Shown in pieces: positions 1-11,601 of a DNA stretch of 64,000 nt (the first letter of the stretch is position 1; every line of letters begins with the position of its first letter). Source of the stretch: Saprolegnia diclina VS20 (Eukaryota); contig NW_008246219.1 in assembly GCF_000281045.1 (NCBI RefSeq), forward strand, positions 1 to 64,000, in the 5' to 3' direction. The position numbers and the translations under genes are program-made. The notes under the pieces are model-generated. The model was not told where the DNA came from, ran no database searches, and was given only the letters and a program-made list of their open reading frames with translations.

Positions 1-834
1 ATCTTGCCCTTTTCAGTCTGCGTGCACCGGCTGCCGCTGCCATCAGATCGACCCGATGGACAGGCGCTCGACTAAAGAGCGCTAGACTGGACAGCAACCT
101 CTTTGTCAAGCGAAAAGCGATAACATCAGAGTCGAGTAGGAACACGCTTTGGAGTTGCAACAGCAATCTTGAAAGCACGACGAGGAAGCTTGTCATCCGC
201 ACCCACTATCATGCTGCTGGGTGTTCAAAGTGCAATTTTGGTCACATCGCTTTCTCGAAAGCGTCTGCACGCCGCATTGAGGCACCGACTTGGTAGCAGT
301 ACAGCTGCTACTACTGGAAACTGTGCACAGAAAGAGACACTTTGGATACCTGTTGTCGGATTGAAGTCCACATCGTGGGCGATCCGACAACGAGATGTGG
401 ACGGGCGCTGGCCACCTCGAACAAACGAACCATGCTGGTCAGACAACATGTACTGGCGCACCACAAGTCGTTGGTGGTGGCGCGGTTGAAGCCGAAACGA
501 AACAGCGAGTGTTTGCTGACGAATGATGTATCCAGGCCGCGATGGCAAAGAAGAGGCCGGAATGTCCAAGCGCTGGCGAGATTCGATGGCGACTGTGCCC
601 GTGTTCTTGGAGCAAGGGGCATGAAAGCCATGTACCTATAGAGTAGAACGCTGTGCGATTGCTACGTCGTTGCACACAGTAGCATCACCTCGGTGATGTG
701 GGTACATACCATTGAAAACGTGCGAGGTGATGGCAAGGTGACACACGTCCCCCGTTGAGCGCCACGCCAGCTCGCCACGCCGCCCACTGCCGCACTGATC
801 TTGGGCTGCTTGATCGATCGTAGTACCAAGCTTT

Positions 835-2083
835 TTAATGGTAACGACGCGACTGCTGCGACGCCACGACCGTTGGCTGCTGGATGAACATCACGTTGGG
901 CAGGATGTTGTACTCTTTGGTGATCCACTGCACGAGCGCTGCGTCCAAATTTCCGTAAACCGCCCAAAAGTCGGTGCTACACGACGCGTTGTATGAGTGC
1001 AACACAAAGAAATAACGAAGAGCATACCGCAATTTGGGGTCCATTTGCGCCAAGGTGTCCACTATGGCTTTCGACTGCTCCGCCGTGTCCGGGTAGACGC
1101 GTGTCAGTGACCTCATTGCTATATATAAAATCGCCTTGTTGTAAGGTTGGGACTTGATAATCGGTTGGTCCTTGATGGACCGAATCGCATGCGATGCGGC
1201 ATGACACGCTCTTGCCTTCGCGCTCAAAGAAGCGTGCTACCGTGCTTGGCGATATCCGAGGGCGGTGCGGTACTGTGGACGCTCGGCAGCGCCAAATCGG
1301 CATCGAGGCGCGAGGCCGACTGATGGTAGCAGACCAAGTGGACTAGAAACACGAGGATGCGACGCACCGTGATGCGCTCAAGCACGAGGAAGATGGCGCT
1401 GTACAGCGCGGGACAAATAAAAGCTAAAGTGCTTGAGCACTTGATGGTTCCCAAGGAGCACACCAATGAGAATGGCGAGGCCGCAAATACACAACCGCCT
1501 ACCTCGATAGGTTTAGGTTCGGGCAGAATTGATATCAGAGCATCATTTTGTGTACCAGGGTGTGGACGTCACAGGGATGGTCGTTGACTTTGAGCATCAT
1601 AGAGCCAACACCAAAGAAACGCGAACGTGAAAAATGCGTACCGCTGTACGCGTCGACGCCCGAGAAGATGACCACGTTGACGACGCGCACCCAGACTAAG
1701 CTAAAGTGCGCCGAAACAAGCGCATGTAGTTCAGTGGTTGGTCGTGCGACAGGCATTTCCATGGGCAACGAACTGGAGCACGACGCGATCGGTGCTCAGC
1801 CGGTGCACCGATCGTACACAAATATATTGACAATTTTGTGCATGTTACGCAAAAATACCGTGTTGATTCCACGTACGACGTGTAGACCGCACCCGAGAGC
1901 ACGTCCGACCCACATTTGGAGCCAGGGACCGCCGCCTATTTGCGCGAGCGCGACTTTATCGTTAGCACGAGAGGAAGGCTCAGAAAATGCCCATAAAAAG
2001 ATACCCGGAGTGTCGTGCGAAACGCGCTTGGCTGAGTACTTGGTTGCCGACTTTTCGACAAAGTTGGACGATGCCCCTTGCAC
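835..2083 (-). pseudogene. Decayed, 5'-truncated paralog of the adjacent amino-acid permease
   Basis: Minus-strand fragments in different frames match the + strand permease in order: SSNFVE (vs SSANFVE), LSGAVYTSYV (vs LSGAVLTSYV), GSMMLKVNDHPCDVH (vs GCMMLKIKRQDIPRDVH), PKLR/TDF, PNVMFIQQPT (vs TNMMFIKQPT). Multiple frameshifts and deletions. Boundaries approximate. Confidence 0.8.
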
Positions 2084-2341
2084 TTGCCTTCAACTTCGAA
2101 CGTGGCGCCACATCCCCAAACCCACACTATTGGTGGTGGCCTACCCTGGACATGAGCGTATCGACCTCATGCATTGGCTCGTCCCAAAGAGTTGCACATG
2201 TGTGGACAGCGAACGCCGTCCCTTCCTTCCCATCAATCGCATTCGGTCATGGCTCCAGTGGTATACTTGCATCAAGGAAACACATGTTGGAGACCTTCGT
2301 TCACAACGGTTTGTATCGACATCGCCCACTTTTGCTTCACC

Positions 2342-4464
2342 ATGGTGGCCGTCGCCGCATCTCGACAACGTACGCTCACAGTGACTGTGCCAGCTACCAA
2401 CGACACCAAAGCTCCTTCGTTCATTTACCCGGCGGGCCAAGGCAAGCATGAGAACTTGGCGCCACCGCTCATTCAGCTCGTCGCGCTGCGGGAACGACAC
2501 AACGGCCCCAAGCACCTCCTCGGCGAGTGGCCCTCGACAGCGATCTGCGGCAACGACATCATGTCCAGTGTCCTCTACTCGTCTGGTATCGTCGCGCTCA
2601 AGGCCGGCAAATTGGCGCCGATCTGCATGGCCATGGTGTCGGTCGTGCTCTTCATGTACCGCTTCATCTACGAAGAAGTCGTGACGGCGATTCCCATGAA
2701 CGGCGGGTCGTACAACTGCCTTTTGAACACGACCTCCAAGCGCGTCGCAGCGGTGGCCGCTGTGCTGAGTACGCTCGCGTACACGGCGACGGCAGTTGTG
2801 TCTGGGACGTCGGCGTGCTACTACATGCAGTTTGTGGTGCCGGATCTGCCGGTCGTCGGGACCACCGTGGGCCTGATGGGCGTGTTTGCGATCTTGGTCT
2901 TCATCGGCATCGCCGAGTCGGCGGTCGTGGCCTTTGTGATGTTTACCTTTCACATTGGGACGCTCTCGGTGCTTGCGGTCACGTGCCTCATCCACACGAT
3001 CCAGAACCCCGAGATCATCCAGGCCAACATGCACTCGGGCTACCCGCACGTCGACTTTGTCGGGTCGGTGATTGACGGCAACGTGTTTACGGCCATTTTC
3101 TTTGGCTTTTCGGCGTCGATGCTGGGCGTGACGGGGTTCGAATCGTCGGCCAACTTTGTCGAGCAGCAGCAGCCCGGCGTCTTCCGCAAGACGATGCGCA
3201 ACATGTGGGCGTTCTCGGCCGTGTACAACATCTCGCTCGCGATCCTCGCTCTCGGTGTCATGCCCGTCGCCGAGCTGCAGGCCAGCGCCAACACGGTGCT
3301 GGCCAACTTGGCCGAGATCACGGCTGGCAACTGGCTCGTCTGGATCGTGTGCATCGATGCGTTTGTCGTCTTGTCGGGTGCGGTGCTGACGTCGTACGTT
3401 GGTATCACGGGTCTCCACCGCCGTCTCGCGTCCGACCGCGTCATGCCGGCGTTCTTTGCGGCTGAGAACAAGTGGCGCGGCACCAACCACTGGATCATCC
3501 TCGCCTTCTTCCTCCTCACGTCGTCGCTCGTCTTGCTCTTGAACGGCGACAACGTCATCCTCGGTGGCGTCTACACCTACTCGTTCTTGTCCATGATGTT
3601 CCTCTTTGCGATGGGCTGCATGATGCTCAAGATCAAGCGCCAAGACATTCCGCGCGACGTCCACGCGCCGTGGTGGGCGTGCATCTCGGGCGCGACGCTG
3701 ATTGCGATCGGGTACTTTGGCATCGTCCTCGGCGACCCGTCCGTGCTTGCCTACTTCTTCTACTACGCGCTCGGCGTCGCGGTCGTCGTCTTTGGCATGC
3801 TCTGGCGCGTCACGATCTTGCGCTGCCTCATCTTTATCATCAACTTGCTGCCGGGCGTTCCAGACGTAAACAAGGATTACGAATCGCCCGAGTCGACGCA
3901 GATAGCTATGCTCACGGACGACGTCGAGCTGCAGTCGCCGCCATTGCTCTCGACCGATGAGCCGTACGAGACAGTGGTTGTCTCACACGATCCCCGCTTC
4001 TTCGAACGCGAGAACCAGCGTGTCTCGTACCTTGTACGAACGCTCAAGGCCATCAAGTCGCAACCATTTGTGTTTTTCATCAAGGCACCGGATCTCACGC
4101 TGGTCAACAAGGTCATTCTGTATGTTCGAACCAACGAAATGACCGAGACGCTCCGGTTCGTGCACGTCTACCCCGAAGTCACCATGGCCTCCGCCGACAC
4201 AATTCAAGCGCTCGCTGACGTTGTTGCTCTCTTTGATAGGATCTATCCCAAGCTACGGTATGCCCTCAACCTCATTTTCTCCACTTTTGCTTATATGACC
4301 GCAGAACGGACTTTGTCTCGGTCAAAGGTCCATTTGAACCCGCAACGATCGAGTGGCTTAGTACGTATTGGCACATGCCGACCAACATGATGTTCATCAA
4401 GCAGCCGACCAACACGACGGTCCATCAAGTGTCGTGCTGCGGCGTCCGCGTCATTACGGGCTAG
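2342..4464 (+). CDS. APC-superfamily amino acid permease
   Basis: Long hydrophobic ORF with many TM segments and motifs GNDIMSSVLYSSG, NGGSYNCL, GVTGFESSANF. One intron 4258-4304; last exon ends GVRVITG*. Confidence 0.9.
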
Positions 4465-4827
4465 GTATTCTCTTCATTTAAAACAGCGCCTCGATAATGT
4501 AATCGTGCATTCTAACTATTGTATAGTGAGCGGAGCGTCCACGGCATGTAATATTATAGTATTTCCTTGCTGGCATCACAAGTACATTCGATGGACAGGC
4601 CAGCGGACCTTGTCGAACCGGTCGACGAGACAACTCAGTCGCTCCTTCACGGACCTTATATTGAATATAAGTATTAAAGTCCTCGGCTCCATACTCTTCA
4701 ATAGGTACGAGAGGGAACAATGCACATTTCGAGTCGCATTATCAGTGCTGCGTCATGCTATAGACTCACGTTGATACAAGTAATATCTGCGAGCAGATCT
4801 AAGCGTATGCTTTGATGGTGGTTCTTT

Positions 4828-4852
4828 ACCCTAACCCTACCCAAGCCCTACC
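4828..4852 (-). repeat. Short degenerate telomere-like / G-quadruplex-capable tract
   Basis: accctaaccctacccaagccctacc; the minus strand has four GGG runs including TTAGGG. Confidence 0.45.
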
Positions 4853-5039
4853 TCTCTCACGACAAACAGCTCGCTGCTCTCGAAGCATCCCACCTTGACG
4901 ATTTGGTCAAAGGTCACGTGACAAACGTTGCTTTGTTTTACTATAAGCACTAGTCGCACGCATTGTCTAATGACCGTTAGGCTTTAAAGAGTACTTGGTG
5001 CTTGTACGTGTCTATACAATCTTTACCACAGCCTGCTGT

Positions 5040-6890
5040 CTATTTACGTGGGTCCCCAACAAACTCGATGGCTTGGGTCGACCCGTGCCGGCCCGTCGCG
5101 CGGTGTACCGTGAAAAAGAGCGCGACCACAGCCATTGTCAGCATGAGGAGTGCGACATGCCACCCAACCGGAAGCCCCACTTCGACTTGGCGCGAGAGAT
5201 AGCTCACAAGCGCGTCGGCGTAGGCCGTCGAGGCCAGCGCGTGGTCCATCAAGTACGCCCCCGTCGCCCACACCAATGGCGAGCCTACTCCAGTGTCCAG
5301 TCCACTTGTCGTTGCACTCCCATGTACCTCGTATGCGGTCGACAAACACGACCCGGCGCTCTGCGAGACCAAAGCCGTAAGCACGTAACAGCGTCGTGAC
5401 GTAGCAAAGGTCGAGACAGCGCCGGGGTAGCATCTCCGCGGGGGTATGCTCCAGTTCCAACGCAGCAAGCTCGTCAAAGCGCATACTGCACACTAAATGA
5501 GTCGCCTACGTACACGCATGTTGCAGTCCCTAGATACGACACACAAACGTCCGTACCGATTCCATCTCCTCGAGGGACGGCGCCGGCCAGCCGTAGCTCA
5601 GCGTTGGCGCCATGCGACTCACAACATCGCGAGCAAAGACGGTCGCGAGGTAGTAGACGCTCACGGCGTAGAAGGCGCCTGTCACAGGCGGCTGCGGCTA
5701 GAAGTACATTTGTTCCACCTGGACTATCGCAAAAGGCGAAGCAGCGTACCACCGACTGGAGAGCGCAAAACGATCCACTGGGACAGTTGGCGTTCTCTTG
5801 TGCCACGAGCGATTGTAGGAGACGCAGGCACTCGGCGGCGTGGCCGGTGCCCGTCTGGTTGGCGCCACTGTAGCCGGTAAAGTAGCACGGGTTGGTCAAG
5901 AGCTCAACCGAGGCCGTCGCGTTGGTCGCATTCGAATGCACCGAGTCGCTCGAGGCGTTGGCGGCGATCGCTTGCAGCACCTACGTTGCCAATAAGACAC
6001 GACACGAGTACTACAAACAAAGTACTTGATCGTGCATGTGTGCGGCGCCATAGCCAGCAAACGACTGCACGAAGAACTCGCTGACGTTGAGCGTCTTTTG
6101 ATGCGGCATGGCCTTGCGCCGCGCGTTCTGGCGCCAGCGCTCCTTGATGTCAAAGACGATTTGCGTGCTGCCGCCGCCCTATATCAACAGAAAGGATGCA
6201 TAGTTTGGACAAATTGTCATCACTCGAAGGTACGAGATCGAGGGCGCCAAAGAGATCGACGTTGCTGGGCGCGAGGTCGCTCTCGACTCGCGCATCGAGA
6301 AAGTTGGCCGCCATGGCCAAGAAGAACGCTTCCTCGTCGCCCGAGATGGTGCGCACATGCGCGCGCTCTACGCAGAGCTGCATGACGATTTATCGGCGAC
6401 AGCGACGCTACCTAATGGTAGCGTCATGGTCGCGTCGTTCTTGAGATCGAGGTACAACTGGTTGTAGAGCTCGGCTTGCTGCGATGCATCCAATGCGCGC
6501 ATGCCGGCCGTGCCGTAGATATGCACAAAGCACCGGGCGCGCATCTCGGGCGAGAGCGACGCTTGGACCTAGTCGCCGATACATGACCTTTCGCCGGGCG
6601 CAGAGGCCGTTGCGTACCTCGTAGAGCGCTGGGCGCATGTACGCATACGCTTGCAGCGGCGCGATCTCGCTCAGGCCGGGCGTGAGGTGCGCAAAGTTAT
6701 CGGCGGTTGGCACGCTCGGTGACGGGAAGACAAAGAAGCGGGTGCCCGACGAGCCGGCGTCGACGATGATGCGGCACGAGGAGTATGGGCGAAGTGGTAT
6801 CCTGTCACCAAGGGACCGATGGCCGTGCGCGGTTAGCAGCAGGAAGGCGGCCACGACGGCGTAGAGACGTCGGACGACGCTGGGCAGCAT
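5040..6890 (-). CDS. GDA1/CD39-family nucleoside phosphatase (apyrase/NTPDase), multi-exon
   Basis: Apyrase conserved regions IIVDAGSSGTR, YGTAGMR, ISGDEEA, GALDL^GGGSTQ and WATG. N-terminal signal-like segment and C-terminal hydrophobic anchor. Confidence 0.88.
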
Positions 6891-7273
6891 GATGCCGGTC
6901 CAACCTCAATCGTCGACTTGCGGGTGCAACATGCCTCGATAGAAGACGCACGAAAAAGCAACCCTCGTTACAAGAACCTATGGCGCAACTGAAGAAGGCG
7001 GGAGAGGCGCCAGAACTCGTATTCGACCAAGTTAGCACAGCAATTCTGTACATATACATACATACACAGAGATGTACAAGGTAGTATAGACTTGTGCTCG
7101 AGGCGCTCGCGCGAGAGGGCGAGTGGTCGGTTCACCTTAATTTGGGATGTGTTTTATCGAGTTTAGTCGTTTAGTACCTTTTCTTCAGTTGAATGACTGA
7201 ATGAACCGACTACAACTAGATTCGGACATATCCGAATTGGCGTATAATTAGGATTTCGCAGGTCGGTGGCAGC

Positions 7274-8058
7274 ATGGCAGCAACGGAAGAAGCGGTGCAT
7301 GAGATCCTTCGGACGCAGCTCCTCGACAACCCGATGGACAGTCTCGCGCGGCAGCTGCGGCGCATCTACGCCAAGATCGAGAAGAAGGAGCGCGCCGGCG
7401 ACCTCTCGGGCCGGCGACGCTACGCGGTCAAGCTGCGCGAGCTGCTCACCAAAGGCGTCACCGAGCTTGAGTTCCAGCACCGTCAGCTGGGCGCGGCCAT
7501 CAACATTGTCGAGCTGGATCAAAAGGCCGGGTGCTTTGAGAGCGGGAAGGCGGCGGCGTCGCCCAAGGCCAAGGACGACGCCGAGGTGCCAAAGATCGCC
7601 GACATTGCCATTGGTGCGCAGGTCGCGGCCCGCGTCGCGCGCAGCCACGAGCTATGGATCCTGGCCTCGGTCGTGCGGCAAGACGTAAAGACCCGGCTGT
7701 ACGAAGTCGAGGACGAAGACTCGGGCGACGAAGACACGGAGGGCAAGCGCCATCATCTCGTGCCCCGTGACTGGATGATTCCACTTCCGCGCGAAGAAGA
7801 GGTCCACGACTGGATCTCGTTCAAGTGGAACCAGAAGGTCCTCGCCATGTACCCAAACACAACGAGTTTTTATCCTGCTGTCGTCGTCATCCCCAACCCG
7901 CCGGTATAGTCCAACAGTTGTATCGAATGCACTTTTTCATGCTGCGCTAGGGCTCGTTGTACGTGGTCGTGTGCTTTGATGACGACGCTGACGAGGTCGG
8001 CTACTGCCCCGAGCGCAAGGTGCCTTTTCGATTCGTGACGCCGCTGCTCAAAAAGTGA
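7274..8058 (+). CDS. SGF29: SAGA-associated factor 29-like tandem Tudor protein
   Basis: GAQVAARV..WILASV..YEVEDED and KVLAMYPNTTSFYPAVV..FDDD. Intron 7904-7950. Confidence 0.85.
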
Positions 8059-8403
8059 TTCAACTGTAACTTAATGCTGGCCGACCAAAATGGCCCTTCC
8101 GTCGTTCGAGTCGGGCAGGAATCGTCGTTCCTGGACGTGTACCGTGCAGCAGTCGAATGGAGCCCCGCGTATTGACGCCTCTGTTGAGCGATGGTACGCT
8201 GTCGTTGATAGAGGTCGTTCGCCCCTAGTCGGCAGTGCTCTGTCGACGCAGGGTCTTCTTGGGCAACGTACACAGCGAAAAATGGCAACAAGAGATGCGA
8301 TGCCGGTGGCGTCCTTGACGCGCGACCGCGCATGCTTGCGTGACGCTTGACATATATGAGTAGATGACAATATTGTGCAAAATATGTATATATATGTGTG
8401 TTG

Positions 8404-11116
8404 TCATGTGACGCAGTTGCCGCGGGTGTAGCGGTACACGCGATTGCGGTCGAGGGTCTCTTGTGTCGGCGATTGTCGCTCGACTTTGAAGTGGTTCTCG
8501 ACGACGACACCAGCCACGTACGGGCGTAGCCACGCGAGGGACGTTGGTAGCATGGCGCATCCAAGCCAGTAGACACTCACGACGTACGTCTCGGTGTCTT
8601 TATGGGGCTTGGGGTCGAACGGCACGACGCCAAACGTGTGTTTTCTACACCAAAAATGGTCAATATCGTCTAAGCGGGATGTTGTCGTACTCGGCTTCGG
8701 TCACGGACGCATAGCCCAGCAGCGCCATCGTGCTGTNNNNNNNNNNNNNNNNNNNNNNNNNNNNNNNNNNNNNNNNNNNNNNNNNNNNNNNNNNNNNNNN
8801 NNNNNNNNNNNNNNNNNNNNNNNNNNNNNNNNNNNNNNNNNNNNNNNNNNNNNNNNNNNNNNNNNNNNNNNNNNNNNNNNNNNNNNNNNNNNNNNNNNNN
8901 NNNNNNNNNNNNNNNNNNNNNNNNNNNNNNNNNNNNNNNNNNNNNNNNNNNNNNNNNNNNNNNNNNNNNNNNNNNNNNNNNNNNNNNNNNNNNNNNNNNN
9001 NNNNNNNNNNNNNNNNNNNNNNNNNNNNNNNNNNNNNNNNNNNNNNNNNNNNNNNNNNNNNNNNNNNNNNNNNNNNNNNNNNNNNNNNNNNNNNNNNNNN
9101 NNNNNNNNNNNNNNNNNNNNNNNNNNNNNNNNNNNNNNNNNNNNNNNNNNNNNNNNNNNNNNNNNNNNNNNNNNNNNNNNNNNNNNNNNNNNNNNNNNNN
9201 NNNNNNNNNNNNNNNNNNNNNNNNNNNNNNNNNNNNNNNNNNNNNNNNNNNNNNNNNNNNNNNNNNNNNNNNNNNNNNNNNNNNNNNNNNNNNNNNNNNN
9301 NNNNNNNNNNNNNNNNNNNNNNNNNNNNNNNNNNNNNNNNNNNNNNNNNNNNNNNNNNNNNNNNNNNNNNNNNNNNNNNNNNNNNNNNNNNNNNNNNNNN
9401 NNNNNNNNNNNNNNNNNNNNNNNNNNNNNNNNNNNNNNNNNNNNNNNNNNNNNNNNNNNNNNNNNNNNNNNNNNNNNNNNNNNNNNNNNNNNNNNNNNNN
9501 NNNNNNNNNNNNNNNNNNNNNNNNNNNNNNNNNNNNNNNNNNNNNNNNNNTCGGTCTCCTGTCTCCGTACACGAAGCGAGAAGCGATGTACCTTGCGGCG
9601 CTCGAGGCCAGAGAGCACGGCGTACGTGAGCACGGGCTTGCCTGCGATGAGACCGCGGATGCCTAAAAGAGGGTTGCGGTTAGGTTTATAGACATACATC
9701 GTGAGCACGTACCCTCCAAGGTGATGTAAAAGTCGCCGTTGAGCGCCAGCACTGTCAACACAATGAGTATCATCTGAAACGCGATGAGCTCGGACGCGTT
9801 TGAGACTTGGTTGCCACAGAGCCACGCCGGTGTGACTGGAATCCCGCCGTGTTTGCCTAGTTGGATGACAACCGTTGGTTTCTGGTGGGGACGTTAACCA
9901 CCTTGGCTCCATCCGGGCAGTCCGAGACTTGACGCAACCTGGATCTGCGAGATGCAATAGACGTTGACCGTATACCTATCGCAATTGAATTCTTTGTGAA
10001 TAGATCGACAATATTCAAACGTACCGCGTCGTCAGCGGCGTGGAGAGCACGATGAAATCCGTGCCCGTCGCATCGGCACTGTAGCTGCCATCGGTGGCAA
10101 TCGCAGTTCGCAGTGGTGTCGACACAATGTCCTGTGACGTGCCGTCCGTGTTGCGGTGATGCGTGATCGACTAGACAGAAAGCCCGTGTCCTGCCATCCC
10201 AAACGCTTATTCCAGACCTGCATGGTCGCATTTTTGTCCGAGTAGAGTGTAAGGAGGTAGACGCCGTGGTCGTCTCGAACCTACTACGGCTCTGCCAAGC
10301 GTCATAAAAGGTATTGTAGTACCGTGGTTTCTAGCATGGCAATGCCGGCGATTGGCTGGCCGCCGGTCGTTGGAATGCACGCTGGGTACGCATCGTAGCC
10401 AGCAATAAAGATGAGGACGCCCCACCCGACAGCCGTGTTCCCCCCGACAATGCAGGTAGAAATGTACAATGACGAGGCTAGGGTAAACAATTAACTGGAG
10501 AACATTCTTCCGAAAGGTACCTTCTTCGAGCTCCGCCGACCATTGCGTAGCGAGGATGTGGCCAAGAGCTGCCCACGCATCCGGTGTTGTCGCATTGGCT
10601 TCGAGGGCCGAGCACGAATTTGGCACCCAACCCGTTGGCGCCAGCGCACACGTTTCACTGTACGGAGCCCAAAAGTAATCGGCAGACTGTCCGTTGTTGG
10701 ACATGACGAGCCGGTCAAACATGCCCTATGCTGGGTCCTTAGCCTTGAAACAGGCAGGAGTCAAACCTGTGTGATGAGCACGATGAGCGTCAGAAGGGAC
10801 AGAAGAATGAGGGCCCCGGCCGAGAGGTTGGAGCCAATGCGACCGAGCGCACTGAGCTTCTTTCGTCCGTGCTCGCCCGACTTGCCCGAGAGTCCTATCG
10901 TCGACGGCAGCGCCTTACCACGCACGAAACATCGATGCTATGTCGGTGACACCGGTGTCGTACCGTGTGGTTCATCCCCATCGTCGCCGACGTCGCTGGT
11001 ATCGTGCCCGAGACGGAGCTGGGTGCAGTCTAGACATCCTTTGGCAATCCGGTCGGTGTGGTCGACGGTACCTGGCGCAGCCCATGCGTCCACGCGTGCG
11101 GCCCCGCACGAGGCAT
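8404..11116 (-). CDS. Uncharacterised multi-exon membrane protein, tandem copy A (spans gap)
   Basis: Spliced start MPRAGPHAWTHGLRQ; colinear exon similarity to copy B (STCIVGGNTAVGWGVLIFIAGY, IAGIAMLETTV, LNGD, IRGLIAGK); shared end YRYTRGNCVT*. The 3' end is less certain. Confidence 0.7.
8737..9550. other. Assembly gap (814 N)
   Basis: Run of N inside membrane-protein copy A. Confidence 0.99.
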
Positions 11117-11601
11117 GTTCGCGTCAAGGTTGTAGAAGGACGGCAAGGCTGAAAATACATCGAACAACGCAGCTCGCGTCATCATGAAACAGCAATATCG
11201 GCGTCTTGTCAGCAGGCAAACGAGCGATGCCAGCCGTGCACCTTTGTCGATGCAGGTGCTGAGTGCACTCTAGGATTTATCAAGAGTCCCTCGCGACATC
11301 GGTGGGGTGAAGACTCGGGCGACGACATTGCCAAGGACGAGGGTAACATCGACGACAAGGAAACGGGAGGGGCGCTCGAAGACGACGCAGTCCTCGGCAA
11401 AGACAGCCAACTCCTCCAGGACAGTATGTGTGGATTTTGGCGGCGAAGACGTCGACGATCCCGTCCAATCGTGCATGGTCATACATTGCCTCTGCAGCAA
11501 CCACAAAAACATTGTGAATCCTAGCACGGTTTTTCTAGTATGTACACCGCCTTTTTGTATAATTGAGGTACAGTACGTTTACATCCCGTCGTAGCGCAGT
11601 G

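Noticed and set aside
1..830. Short ORFs at the window start
   Set aside because: No family motif; may belong to a gene or relic outside the window but cannot be supported.
2141..3664. 507-aa antisense ORF over the permease
   Set aside because: Shadow ORF of a GC-rich, codon-biased gene; no family motifs.
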